Assembly: GCA_903835385.1 (NCBI GenBank)
Contig: CAILMQ010000063.1
Location: 5,234 to 69,233, forward strand
DNA length: 64,000 bases
Origin: an uncultured Candidatus Micrarchaeota archaeon
Lineage (GTDB): Archaea; Micrarchaeota; Micrarchaeia; Anstonellales; Bilamarchaeaceae
Reading direction: 5' to 3'
Positions 37,181 to 46,355 of the stretch are shown here, piece by piece; within the stretch, counting starts at the first letter, position 1; each line of letters begins with the position of its first letter. Made by a program: the position numbers and the translations under genes. The notes below the pieces were generated by a model that ran no database searches, was not told where the DNA came from, and worked only from the letters and a program-made list of their open reading frames with translations.

Positions 37181-38263
37181 TCATTCCAGCCCAATCAGCG
37201 CCCTTGCAACATGGGAGAGCATCTGCGGCTTTATCATCCTGGTGGGCCTGTCCATGCTGCCGTGCCTGGAAAGATAGCTGTCCAGCCGCAGCCGCTTGAG
37301 ATGCCTCGCAAGGCCCGCGAGCTGGTGGTCCTGCAAGCTGTCCAGGTGGTCCCTGAGTTTCCTGTGCAAAAACAGGTCCGGCCCGAACCGCGCCCGCCAT
37401 TCCAGCTCGTAGCCACGGGGGCTGTGGGCATGCTTCCCGGCCAGCGCGGCGCAGTTGCCCCCGAAAATCACGCCTCCGCCGGTCGTCGCCTTCACCTGGC
37501 CCGCCGCATCTCCCGCGAGCAGCACTTTCAGCTTTCCGGATTGCATGGAGGTCCTGCGCCTGGGCTCCACCGGTATGATGTCCGAAGCCACCCTGCGCGG
37601 CTTCCTCACGCCGTACATGCCAAGCAGGTGGTCCCAGGCCGCGCCGGCAGGCCCGGGCAGCGCCACTCCGACGCCGAACTCCGCCAGGTCGTTGGCATGC
37701 GGTATCATCCACCCGAAAAATCCCGGGAAGCGCTTCTGGGAGAGGTGCATCGTAATTATGGACCTGTCGGTTTTCGCCGCCACGTCGTATTCCATCACGG
37801 CCTTCATGGTGCAGACGTACCTTCCCATAGGAGGGAAATGGAAATGCCTCGCCACGAAAGAGCCGGGCCCGTCCGCCCCTATCACGCAGTCCGCCCTGAA
37901 CACGCCCTTCACGGTTTCGTTGTAAACGACCTTCGCGCCCGCCGACTCCGCGTTTTCCGCAAGCTTGGCGTCGAACGCGTGCCGGTCGCAGACATATGCC
38001 ACCGGCTCTTTCGTCCTGACCGAGAGCACCTCGTCCGCGAAATGGATGTCCGCCCCCTTTATCCGGTTCACCACCAGTTTCCTGTAATCTATGAAATCCG
38101 AGAGCGACCTGAGCCCTTCCGCAGAGAAAAGCCCGGAGCAGGTGGCGTGGCTGCCCGCATCAGCGTGCTGCTCCGACACGACGACGCGGTGGCCCTGCCT
38201 GGTTGCGGCCATGGCTGCTATGGAACCCGCCGGCCCTGCGCCTACCACGTGGACATCTGTCAT
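37181..38263 (-). CDS. Geranylgeranyl reductase family flavoprotein (archaeal lipid saturation)
   Basis: FAD-binding VVGAGPAGS, later GADGP and LAGDAAG motifs. The first ATG is at 38263 (the track start at 38272 is TTG). Confidence 0.8.
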   Translation of the reverse strand: MTDVHVVGAGPAGSIAAMAATRQGHRVVVSEQHADAGSHATCSGLFSAEGLRSLSDFIDYRKLVVNRIKGADIHFADEVLSVRTKEPVAYVCDRHAFDAKLAENAESAGAKVVYNETVKGVFRADCVIGADGPGSFVARHFHFPPMGRYVCTMKAVMEYDVAAKTDRSIITMHLSQKRFPGFFGWMIPHANDLAEFGVGVALPGPAGAAWDHLLGMYGVRKPRRVASDIIPVEPRRRTSMQSGKLKVLLAGDAAGQVKATTGGGVIFGGNCAALAGKHAHSPRGYELEWRARFGPDLFLHRKLRDHLDSLQDHQLAGLARHLKRLRLDSYLSRHGSMDRPTRMIKPQMLSHVARALIGLE

Positions 38264-38281
38264 AATCGCCAACCTGGATTG

Positions 38282-39514
38282 TTATTGCCTGGAAGGATAT
38301 AAAACAAGCAGCCCGAGAAGGAGGAATGCCGTTGGGCAGGCCTGCGCAGGCTCGTTCCCGCCGCCATTAGTGCCCGGAGCCGGCAGCGCCGGCACGTCCA
38401 GGCTCAGGTTCCCCGAGACCGACGCGTCGTCCAGCGATGCCGCCAGCGGCATGGTGTAATGGTAGCCCGGCTTGAGCATGGAAAAGTCCAGGCCGTATTC
38501 CCTGGCCGCGTTCTCATAGGGCCCCAGGAGCACCACCGTGCTCTCATTCACCCCGCCGGCCCCGGAAAGCTGCGCCTGGTACATGCCGAAAACATAGTCG
38601 TCCCTCCCGTTCTCCAGCGTGACATTGAGCTCATGGGCAGGCCCGTCGAAAACGAATGACAGGCTGCGGCCTTTCGGGTCATTGCTCTGGTTTATGAACT
38701 CCGCGGTACCGCTCGTGTTGAACCGGAGACCGCCGTTCCCGGGCCCCAACGAGCGCACAATGTCGAACACGTCGTTCTGGTCCCTCCCCTTCTCGCCGGC
38801 AACATGGGAATTGTCCAGCATGCCGGCTTCTCCGAAGGTGGAATCCACGGGCAGCCAGCCGTAACCCGGCACGTATATCTCGGCCCATGCATGCGGCTGC
38901 CATCCCCCTCCGTTCACGAACCCGCTTACGAACCTGGTGTCCATGCCGAGATAGCGGGCCATGGATATGGTGAGGTGCGAATATTCCACGCACACCCCCT
39001 GCCGAACCGCGTAGACGTCCGTGGCGCTGAGCACCCTGCCGAAATACGAGTCGTTGTAGGTGATGTAGCCGTGGACGAAATTCGTTATGTTCCTGACGGT
39101 CTCCAGCGTGGTGTCCGCAGCGAGGCCGTCCGCTGCGGCCGCGATATCCGGGTTCCACCTGGTGAGGTTCGTTGCGTTGAGCGGCCACGTCCTGCCCAAT
39201 GCCGGGTCAGCCCTGATGTCGCTGTTGAAATCCACCAGGACAACGGCGCTCGCCCTGAGCGTGCTTTCCGTTCCGTTGTATCTCAGGCGGATGTTGCCTT
39301 CCTGGTCGCTGACCACCTGCATCGGCGGGTCCGTCTCTATGCCCAGCACCTTCTGGTTGGAATCATTGACCGCCAGCGCGCCTTCGAAATAATAGCCGCC
39401 GCTGCTCACAATGGTCCAGGTGCGCTCCACCCTGACCGTTGCAGGGCCGAAGCCCATGCCGAGGCAGGACGATGCGAGGACGAGCAGGAGCAGGGCGGCA
39501 ACCGGGGTTTTCAT
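38282..39514 (-). CDS. Secreted transglutaminase-like cysteine protease-fold protein
   Basis: Signal peptide MKTPVAALLLLVLASSCLG. GVCVEYSH (Cys), HAWAEIY (His) and PVDST (Asp) form a transglutaminase-core triad. There is a hydrophobic C-terminal segment. The start overlaps the purD stop (ATGA). Confidence 0.7.
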   Translation of the reverse strand: MKTPVAALLLLVLASSCLGMGFGPATVRVERTWTIVSSGGYYFEGALAVNDSNQKVLGIETDPPMQVVSDQEGNIRLRYNGTESTLRASAVVLVDFNSDIRADPALGRTWPLNATNLTRWNPDIAAAADGLAADTTLETVRNITNFVHGYITYNDSYFGRVLSATDVYAVRQGVCVEYSHLTISMARYLGMDTRFVSGFVNGGGWQPHAWAEIYVPGYGWLPVDSTFGEAGMLDNSHVAGEKGRDQNDVFDIVRSLGPGNGGLRFNTSGTAEFINQSNDPKGRSLSFVFDGPAHELNVTLENGRDDYVFGMYQAQLSGAGGVNESTVVLLGPYENAAREYGLDFSMLKPGYHYTMPLAASLDDASVSGNLSLDVPALPAPGTNGGGNEPAQACPTAFLLLGLLVLYPSRQ

Positions 39515-40803
39515 TTTCTCAGCTCCTTCATGTGCTCCACGCGCTTTTGGACGAGTTCCGGGGTCCCTATGTCATGCCTGTGCCACACCGGGCCTGAGAC
39601 GCATTTGCATCCCTTCTCGGCAATCCCCTCGGCCTCTGCAAGCGTGCCGCCCATGCCCAGTATGCCGAAGGTGCGGGAGCCCGTGGTATAGACATTGCCT
39701 TCTTTTTCATAAACCGACGCATAGTACGCGCTCGCGCCGGTTTCTGCGAGCGCAGCCTCGTCCACCTTCACTTCAGCGTCAGCCCTTGACTTGCCAGGGT
39801 ATCCCTCGGGCACGAGGTATTTGACCACCGTGCATTGATTTGCGAATTCCGGCTTCAGGAGTTTTCCCTCGGCCATGGAGCGGAAGACCTCCGGAAGCGG
39901 CGTGCGCAGCAAGGCGAGCACGTTCATTGCCTCCGGGTCCCCGAAGCGCGAGTTGAACTCTATCACCTTGGGTCCGTCCGCGGTTATCATGAACTGGCCG
40001 TAGAGCACGCCGGTGAAAGGCGCGCCCTCCTTTTTCATGGCGTTTATCACGTGCTGCATTATGGCCTGCGCCTTTTCCAGGTCAACATCATTCATGAACG
40101 GCAGCAGCCTGCCTGTGGAATATGAGCCCATGCCACCCGTGTTTGGCCCGAGGTCTCCCACGAACGCCCTTTTATGGTCCTGGACCGGCGGCATGAACGC
40201 AAGCACGTTTCCGTCGCAGAACGCCTGGAGCGTGAATTCCTCCCCGATGAGCTTTTCCTCTATGAGCACGGAGCCGTCCTTTGCAATGAGCTCCTGCGCA
40301 TAGGCGAACTTCTCCTCCATGTTCTTGAAATGGTCGCCCGAGACCTTCACGCCCTTCCCGCCCGTGAGCCCCAGGGGCTTCACTGCCACCATGCCGTACT
40401 CCCTTATCGTGGCTATGGCTTCGTTGTCCTCCTGTACGACCCTGTGCCTCGGCAGGCCGGCTATCCTGTGCCTCACCATGAGCGAGCGCATGAAGCCCTT
40501 GTCCCATTCTATCCTTGCCGCGGCCTTGAGCGGCGATGCGGCGGCCATGCCCTTTTCCACGAGCGCGTCCGTCACTCCTGCTGCAAGAACCGCATCAGGG
40601 CTTGCGAATACCAAATCAGCCACAACGTCCACCGCCTTTGCGACAGCGGCCGCATCCGTGGTGTTGGCTATCCAGTATTTCTTGCACAGCCTGGCTATGG
40701 CCGGGTTCTTCCTGGACATCACTGCGTAAAGGTCCGCATCAGCGGCCAGCTTCTCCGCGATTATGTGCTCCCTTGCCCCGTCGCCCACAAGAAGTATTTT
40801 CAT
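39511..40803 (-). CDS. purD: Phosphoribosylamine-glycine ligase
   Basis: MKILLVGDGAREH start, ATP-grasp motifs (VKPLGLTGGKGV, EEKL.GEEF), GPNTGGMGSY, EFNSRFGDPE. 430 aa. Confidence 0.92.
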   Translation of the reverse strand: MKILLVGDGAREHIIAEKLAADADLYAVMSRKNPAIARLCKKYWIANTTDAAAVAKAVDVVADLVFASPDAVLAAGVTDALVEKGMAAASPLKAAARIEWDKGFMRSLMVRHRIAGLPRHRVVQEDNEAIATIREYGMVAVKPLGLTGGKGVKVSGDHFKNMEEKFAYAQELIAKDGSVLIEEKLIGEEFTLQAFCDGNVLAFMPPVQDHKRAFVGDLGPNTGGMGSYSTGRLLPFMNDVDLEKAQAIMQHVINAMKKEGAPFTGVLYGQFMITADGPKVIEFNSRFGDPEAMNVLALLRTPLPEVFRSMAEGKLLKPEFANQCTVVKYLVPEGYPGKSRADAEVKVDEAALAETGASAYYASVYEKEGNVYTTGSRTFGILGMGGTLAEAEGIAEKGCKCVSGPVWHRHDIGTPELVQKRVEHMKELRK

Positions 40804-40855
40804 GATTTCCTTTGCCTGACTTCATTTTATAAACATTATCCGGCTAGATTATGCC

Positions 40856-41266
40856 ATGAAGAAGAAGCAGGACAGGCCGAAGGGGGTTTCCGCGCCCTTT
40901 TTCACAAGTGCCATAAACCCGACCCAGCTTGCAATCAACATCGAGCCCGCCCCGGGACAGGAGGCCCGCATCTTCGAGGCCAGGAGCAGCGCGGTGAAGG
41001 AGCATTTCGACCATGACATGGAGCGCCTGCGCCAGTCGCTCGCCCCTGGAAGGCTTGAGGCAAAGCCGGCTATGGCGCATTCAAACACTCCTGCGGACCT
41101 GCACCTCGCGATGAGGCAGAACATAGACCCGAGAACCGGCAATGTGGATGGCACGAAGATGCTGCCGGCAGGGCCGGTTGCTTCGCTACTGCCAAATGCC
41201 AATCATCCGATGCACCCCGAGAACCAACTAACCGCTGCGATGAAAAAGCTGGGGCACAGGCTCTGA
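40856..41266 (+). CDS. Hypothetical protein
   Basis: 136-aa ORF with no motif recognised. Its Pro/Ala-rich composition suggests disorder. Confidence 0.4.
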   Translation: MKKKQDRPKGVSAPFFTSAINPTQLAINIEPAPGQEARIFEARSSAVKEHFDHDMERLRQSLAPGRLEAKPAMAHSNTPADLHLAMRQNIDPRTGNVDGTKMLPAGPVASLLPNANHPMHPENQLTAAMKKLGHRL

Positions 41267-41464
41267 CGTATCCGCCTTCTATTTCCTTCCGCCGCCAATC
41301 ATCTGCGCGAGCGTGTCGAAAAGCGACTTCTCCATGGGCTTCTTGATGAGGAAGCGGCGATGCGATGGATAGTTCTTCAGGATGTCAAAAGAGTATTGCC
41401 TGACTACCATCTATTCCACCGCCCGCTGCCATTGGAAATCCAGCCCGTCCGTTTCCATCCTCAC

Positions 41465-42169
41465 CTATTCCACCTTCCGTTTGATGTAGCCCTCCTTTAT
41501 GAGCATGTTCAGCCCGTCCTCCACGCGCCCCGGAGGCACGCTGCTGGCCTTGCCGAACTCCATGATGTCTATGTCGCCATTGTGCATCTTGAGCCAGTTG
41601 TAGAGCTCCTCCCTGAGCCGCTCGTCCGACATGGCGCGGAGCTTTTCCAGCAGCTCCCGCAGCTCGTCCCTGCGCCTCTCGCATTCAAGCAGTATGCGCG
41701 CGTTCTCCTCGCTGGAGCCGACCAGGTCCTGGTACCTGGCATTGAGCGAATCCGCCTTCGCCTTCAGCTCCTCAAGCTCCGCCGAGAGCTCCACCGCGTC
41801 CCTGCCCACGACCTTGGATATGTCCGAGAGCAGGCCTATGAGGTGCGAGAATATGGCCGACGGCTTCACTTCGTAATAGTCCTCGGAGAGCGTGAGCACG
41901 TTCATGAGCACGGGCAGCAGCTCCAGCATGCGCACCCGCTTGGAAACGTTCGGCGGAATGCCGTAGACCATCTCTATGGTGCTTTCCAGGAACGTTATCC
42001 GATAATCCAGGTTCGGCTTGCCCTTGAGGTCCTCGCCCTGGACCCTCTCCACAACGAGCCTTTCGTTGGTGTAAGTTATTGAGGTGAAACCCAGCTCGCC
42101 AAGCGCCGAAGCCAGCTTTGCAAGCTGCCCCTTCCTAGACGCCGGCACAGTTATCCTTTCTTCGCTCAT
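41465..42169 (-). CDS. Coiled-coil protein with C-terminal winged-helix-like domain; third gene of the VirB4-like ATPase operon
   Basis: The start lies 2 nt after the ATPase stop. A central heptad-rich segment (ELSAELEELKAKADSLNARYQDL...) is present. The C-terminal IDIMEFGKASSVPPGRVEDGLNMLIKEGYIKRK resembles a wHTH. Confidence 0.55.
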   Translation of the reverse strand: MSEERITVPASRKGQLAKLASALGELGFTSITYTNERLVVERVQGEDLKGKPNLDYRITFLESTIEMVYGIPPNVSKRVRMLELLPVLMNVLTLSEDYYEVKPSAIFSHLIGLLSDISKVVGRDAVELSAELEELKAKADSLNARYQDLVGSSEENARILLECERRRDELRELLEKLRAMSDERLREELYNWLKMHNGDIDIMEFGKASSVPPGRVEDGLNMLIKEGYIKRKVE

Positions 42170-42171
42170 GC

Positions 42172-43608
42172 CTATTCCTCCAGCACAACGTCGACCAGGC
42201 CCTTGGTCGCCTTCCTCATCTTAACGAGCGAGAAGGTCCTTATGAGGTTCCTCTCGTCCATGCCCAGCTGCCTCAGGAACGATATTATCGCGGACTTGCT
42301 GTAGCCGAACTTCTCGAGCATGGCCACGAACTGCTCGCTGTCCATGAGCCCGTCGGTCTTCTCGAACTCCCTTTTTATGAGGCCGAGCTGGTCCTCGGTC
42401 AGGCCGAGCTCGTAGAGCATCTTGACCAGCTGCTCCCTCTCCACCTCTATGTCCATGCCATCACCCGTTATCTTCATGAGGAAAAGCGGTTCCTCGCCGT
42501 CTATCTTGTCCATGAGGAAGGTGTTTATCTTCGATTGCCTCCTCGCGAATATCATGTTCACCGCCGCATCGCCCACTCCGAACTTGCCTATCTCGTTGTC
42601 TATGAACTGGGAGTACCCGATGGAGGTGCGCACGTAGTCCCTGTATTCCCTGAGCACGAGCCGCATCACGAATATGGTCCCGATGTTCGAGAATATGGTC
42701 TTGTGCATGTCCGTCGGGTTCTGGGTGGCCATCAGGAGCGCGAAATTGTACTTGCGCCCCTCGCGCACTATTGCGATGACCTCAGAGCGCTCGTCCTGCG
42801 CGATTTTCCACGCCTCGTCCAGCACTATGAACAGCCGCACCCCGGCTTCCTCCGCCGCGCCCTCGGCCCTCATTATTTCCTTCACGTACTGGAGTATGGT
42901 GAGCCCTGCGAGCGAGCGCACCTCCTCGGTGGGAAGGCTGTGCAGGTCCAGGCACACGAGCCCGGAGCTGGTGAGCGCCTTTATGTCCAGCGTGGAATCG
43001 CCGGCGAAGAAATCGCAGCCCTCGGACGTGAACCTCTTGAGCAGCCGCGCGGCCTTCTTCCTCTTCTTCTTGTCCAGCCACCTGACCACGTCCGAGAGGT
43101 TCGCCTTCTTCTTGGAGCCGTAGACCGCCTCAAGCGCCTCCTCTATCTCGTCGCGCTCGCGGGGGAAGGATTTGAGGTCCACAAGTATGTCCAGTGCGGA
43201 CACTATCTGCTTGATGCGGGAGCTTTTCGGCAGCCCGCCCACCAGGTCCAGCAGGTTGAGCCGCTCCTTGCCCAGGTCAATCACCCGGCCGCCGGCCTGC
43301 CTCACCCATTTGTCGTACTCGCCCACCCAATCCAGTATCAGGGCATTGGAGTTCCAAATCAGCGCGGCCCTTGTGAGGAACGTCTTCACCAGGTAGGACT
43401 TGCCGGAACCGGTTATGCCCACCACCGCCATGTGAGGGTTGATGAGCTTGCGGTGGTCCCAGAACACGGGCGCGTGGAGGAACCTGGTCTTGCCCAGGTA
43501 GATGCCCTCGCCGGGCATGGAGAGCAGCAGCTCCTTGCGCGGCTCCGGCGGATGGACCAGTATCATCTTGCGCGCCAGGTCCTTGGAAAAAAGGTAGGAA
43601 AGCTTCAT
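42172..43608 (-). CDS. VirB4/TraC-type (FtsK-HerA superfamily, DUF87-like) ATPase
   Basis: Walker A GITGSGKSY, ILDWVGEY (compare VirB4 DPKGEY), Walker B FIVLDEAWKI, REGRKYNFALLMATQNPTDM (VirB4-like RK..../ATQ motif). Confidence 0.75.
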   Translation of the reverse strand: MKLSYLFSKDLARKMILVHPPEPRKELLLSMPGEGIYLGKTRFLHAPVFWDHRKLINPHMAVVGITGSGKSYLVKTFLTRAALIWNSNALILDWVGEYDKWVRQAGGRVIDLGKERLNLLDLVGGLPKSSRIKQIVSALDILVDLKSFPRERDEIEEALEAVYGSKKKANLSDVVRWLDKKKRKKAARLLKRFTSEGCDFFAGDSTLDIKALTSSGLVCLDLHSLPTEEVRSLAGLTILQYVKEIMRAEGAAEEAGVRLFIVLDEAWKIAQDERSEVIAIVREGRKYNFALLMATQNPTDMHKTIFSNIGTIFVMRLVLREYRDYVRTSIGYSQFIDNEIGKFGVGDAAVNMIFARRQSKINTFLMDKIDGEEPLFLMKITGDGMDIEVEREQLVKMLYELGLTEDQLGLIKREFEKTDGLMDSEQFVAMLEKFGYSKSAIISFLRQLGMDERNLIRTFSLVKMRKATKGLVDVVLEE

Positions 43609-43622
43609 TCAATCGCTCCGCC

Positions 43623-44402
43623 CTAAAAAATCTCGTCCTTGATGTCTTCCTGCGTCGTGGGGAAGAACTGCTCCCACTCGAAGCACCTGAGCATGTCCAG
43701 GTCCGAAAGCTCGGAGATGTCGCAGCCCAGCGAGCTGGACAGTATGGTTTTCAGCTCCTTAGCCTGCCTGGCCGCCCTGGAAGCCGCCTCGTCCCTTGTG
43801 AGCCCGAATGAGGTCGTTGATGCGAACGCGATGAGCTCCACGGGCCTCTCGCCCCTGGTTATCCTGTCCAGCATCCTGTTCCACATGGCGATTTCCCTGT
43901 CCAGGCGCACTATCTCGTCCGAGGACGAGCCCGCCTTGGCCTTCTTCGCCTCCGCGGCGGAGCGCCTGGTCTTTATGTCCTCCAGCTCTCTTGAAAGCTC
44001 CACTGCGGATACCAGCAGCGATATCTTGACCACGTACTTGAGCGCGGCTATGGCCCTTTCAAAGGATTCGAACATGGTCGTCTTGTCCGCCTCGTTCTTG
44101 TCCATGGAACTCTCGTAGAAACGGATTTCCAGGAATTTCGTGGCGTAGTATCCGGAGGCGGTCTTCTTCGTTATGTAATCCCTGGTCGGGGGCACCTCGT
44201 ATCCGGACCTGACCTCCACCACGTTCGCCGCCCGGGTTATCATGGGTATGAGTATGTAGCCGTATTTCCAGACCGTGAGGCTGGTGCAGAAAAGCAGCGC
44301 GGCAGCCAGCGCCACCACCGAATTGCCATAAACCAGCGATGCGGCAAGCGCCAGCAGGCCGCCGGCGAGGGCTGTGACTGTGATTGCTCGGTTGACAAAC
44401 AT
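43623..44402 (-). CDS. Two-TM membrane protein with cytoplasmic helical domain (VirB3 / VirB4-N-terminal-like position)
   Basis: Two N-terminal hydrophobic helices are followed by a charged helical domain. It ends 14 nt before the ATPase start. Confidence 0.55.
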   Translation of the reverse strand: MFVNRAITVTALAGGLLALAASLVYGNSVVALAAALLFCTSLTVWKYGYILIPMITRAANVVEVRSGYEVPPTRDYITKKTASGYYATKFLEIRFYESSMDKNEADKTTMFESFERAIAALKYVVKISLLVSAVELSRELEDIKTRRSAAEAKKAKAGSSSDEIVRLDREIAMWNRMLDRITRGERPVELIAFASTTSFGLTRDEAASRAARQAKELKTILSSSLGCDISELSDLDMLRCFEWEQFFPTTQEDIKDEIF

Positions 44403-44462
44403 GGTTCTCCCATGGTGCTTTTGACCTGAATGTATTTAAAATACCACTGGCGAAGTGAAACA

Positions 44463-45209
44463 ATGACAAGAACCATCAGAGAAGCCTATCAGAAGATAAT
44501 GGACAAGGAGCCCCATGGGAAAAACCAGGAAGGCAGCCTCCTGCGGCAGGTGATTCTCGGCGGCCAGGACGGGCTTGTCAACGTGCTGGGCATAGTGCTG
44601 GGCCTTGCCGGCGCGGTGGCCGTGAATCCGAACATAAGCTCCAGCGCCCTTCTCGTGGGCGGCCTGGCCGCAACGTTCGCGGAATCCGTAAGCATGGCAG
44701 CGGTCGCCTATACCTCGGGAAAGGCGCAGCGCGATTTCTATTACAAGGAGCTGGAAACCGAGAAAAGAGAGATGAGGGAGATACCCGAAGTGGAGCGCCA
44801 GGAGATAAGGCTAATCTACATGAAAAAGGGCTTCCGCGGCAGGCAGCTGGAAGGCATAGTGGAAAAAATCTGCAGCGACGACGAGCTGTGGCTGGAGACC
44901 ATGATGACCGAGGAACTGGGGCTCGCCGAAAGCAGGAGCATCAACCCTTTGCGCGAGGGCGCGGTGGTCGGGTTCGCGTCTTTCATAGGTTCGCTCGTGC
45001 CTTTGGCCCCGTTCTTTTTCATGAACGCGTCCGCGGCAATAGTCCCGTCGCTTGCAGTCACGGCGGCCGTGCTTTTCGGAGCCGGTGCGTACAAGGGAAG
45101 GACCACGGCCGGCGAGTGGTGGAAAGCCGGGCTGGAGATGGCGCTAATCGGCATGGGCGCCGCCGTCATCGGGTACATCGTCGGCAGCCTGGCAGGAAAA
45201 GTGTTCTAG
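44463..45209 (+). CDS. VIT1/CCC1-family iron/manganese transporter
   Basis: LRQVILGGQDGLVNVLGIVLG and GLAATFAESVSMA motifs, a cytoplasmic acidic helical insert, and C-terminal TM helices. Confidence 0.75.
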   Translation: MTRTIREAYQKIMDKEPHGKNQEGSLLRQVILGGQDGLVNVLGIVLGLAGAVAVNPNISSSALLVGGLAATFAESVSMAAVAYTSGKAQRDFYYKELETEKREMREIPEVERQEIRLIYMKKGFRGRQLEGIVEKICSDDELWLETMMTEELGLAESRSINPLREGAVVGFASFIGSLVPLAPFFFMNASAAIVPSLAVTAAVLFGAGAYKGRTTAGEWWKAGLEMALIGMGAAVIGYIVGSLAGKVF

Positions 45210-45235
45210 CCCGCGTGTCCGGGCTGTTTCTGTTA

Positions 45236-46318
45236 TCAGATATTTATTACCGAAGACAGCCCGATTTCCGAGCCCAGCAGCTTTCCGGCCTCATTCACGA
45301 ATACGATAGTGACCGCAAGCGAAAGCAGCGGTGCGAGGACGGAATAAAGCAGCACCTTTGCCAGGGAATCGGAGTTGGATTGCGCAATCAGCGTGAGGTC
45401 ACCGGTGAAATCCGCCCTGCCGCCGGGGACCGCCATGCCCCCAGTGAAATTGGAGCAGGACGAGTTGGCGGATGAGACGTTGGTAGAATTGCCGGTCATG
45501 TTGCCGGGCAATCCAGCGGTTGAATTGCCGGGCGAACTGCCGGCCGCGCACCTGCCTGACATCAGGTCCAGTTTGCCTGCGATGGCATAGTTGCTGTTCA
45601 GGTCAATCACAGGCACCGTGGCATAAAGGCTGTTGGACGTGAAATTCGCCATCACTTCCGTGGCATTTGCCAGCGACGGCCCGGGGTCCGGGAAAACCAG
45701 CACGAACGCAGGGTAGAATATGTAGAGCCCTATGGCGAGCGCGATGAGGAAGCCGCCTGCCTTCCTGGTTGCGAAAAGCGTCCTGAGCACCAGGCCGACG
45801 GGCAGCAAAAGCAGGAGCGAGTTCTGGGCCACGAAATTCAGCAGCTGTATGTTTAGCTCCAGCAGCATGAGCAGCAGCTGCATGGAGAAGAGCTGTCCTG
45901 CCAGGATGTTGGCCACTCCGGAAAGGTTCATGAAAGGCTGTATGGAGAACGCGACGAAATCCAGCTTGAGCGACTGGTAATAGCCCACCAGCTCCGCGGC
46001 CCTGGATGTCTCCTGGAGCAGGGAAAAGAGCGCGGCCTTCACGCCTCCGAGCGTGCAGGCGAGCTGTGCAGGGGCGTCCCCGGTGCCGCACTGGGTGGTG
46101 ACCAGGGACGAGCTTATTCCCGACATGAGGGCTATGACGGACGCGAGGCCGCCTATTATGGCGGCGTTTATCACGGACTGGGCGAGCTCATCCACGCCGA
46201 AGTTTTCCACCCGCTTGTATCCGAAGGCCCTTCCCACCCCTATTAGTATGCCTGCGAGCGCTATGGATGCGGCCACTATTACGACCGCTATGGACATCCC
46301 AACGTATTGCTCCGCCAT
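45236..46318 (-). CDS. Polytopic membrane protein with Asn/Ser-rich extracellular loop (VirB6-like topology; unverified)
   Basis: At least five hydrophobic helices. An N-x-S/T-rich loop (NSTAGLPGNMTGNSTNVSSANSSCSNFT) is present. It lies 37 nt downstream of the Cys-rich repeat protein gene on the same strand. Confidence 0.55.
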   Translation of the reverse strand: MAEQYVGMSIAVVIVAASIALAGILIGVGRAFGYKRVENFGVDELAQSVINAAIIGGLASVIALMSGISSSLVTTQCGTGDAPAQLACTLGGVKAALFSLLQETSRAAELVGYYQSLKLDFVAFSIQPFMNLSGVANILAGQLFSMQLLLMLLELNIQLLNFVAQNSLLLLLPVGLVLRTLFATRKAGGFLIALAIGLYIFYPAFVLVFPDPGPSLANATEVMANFTSNSLYATVPVIDLNSNYAIAGKLDLMSGRCAAGSSPGNSTAGLPGNMTGNSTNVSSANSSCSNFTGGMAVPGGRADFTGDLTLIAQSNSDSLAKVLLYSVLAPLLSLAVTIVFVNEAGKLLGSEIGLSSVINI

Positions 46319-46355
46319 CCAGGTGATAGTGTGGGGATAGTTAATTAAATGTTAT

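Noticed and set aside
37211-38302. A 363-aa plus-strand ORF opposite the geranylgeranyl reductase gene
   Set aside because: It is an antisense artefact. The minus-strand frame has FAD-binding GxGxxG and family motifs.
41279-41410. A 43-aa minus-strand ORF (MVVRQYSFDILKNYPSHRRFLIKKPMEKSLFDTLAQMIGGGRK), plus a 15-codon ORF just upstream, downstream of the ATPase operon
   Set aside because: It is too short and featureless to support. It could be a real small operon member, but nothing in the sequence distinguishes it from chance.
42535-43626. A 363-aa plus-strand ORF opposite the VirB4-like ATPase
   Set aside because: It is an antisense artefact. The minus-strand frame has Walker A and B motifs.
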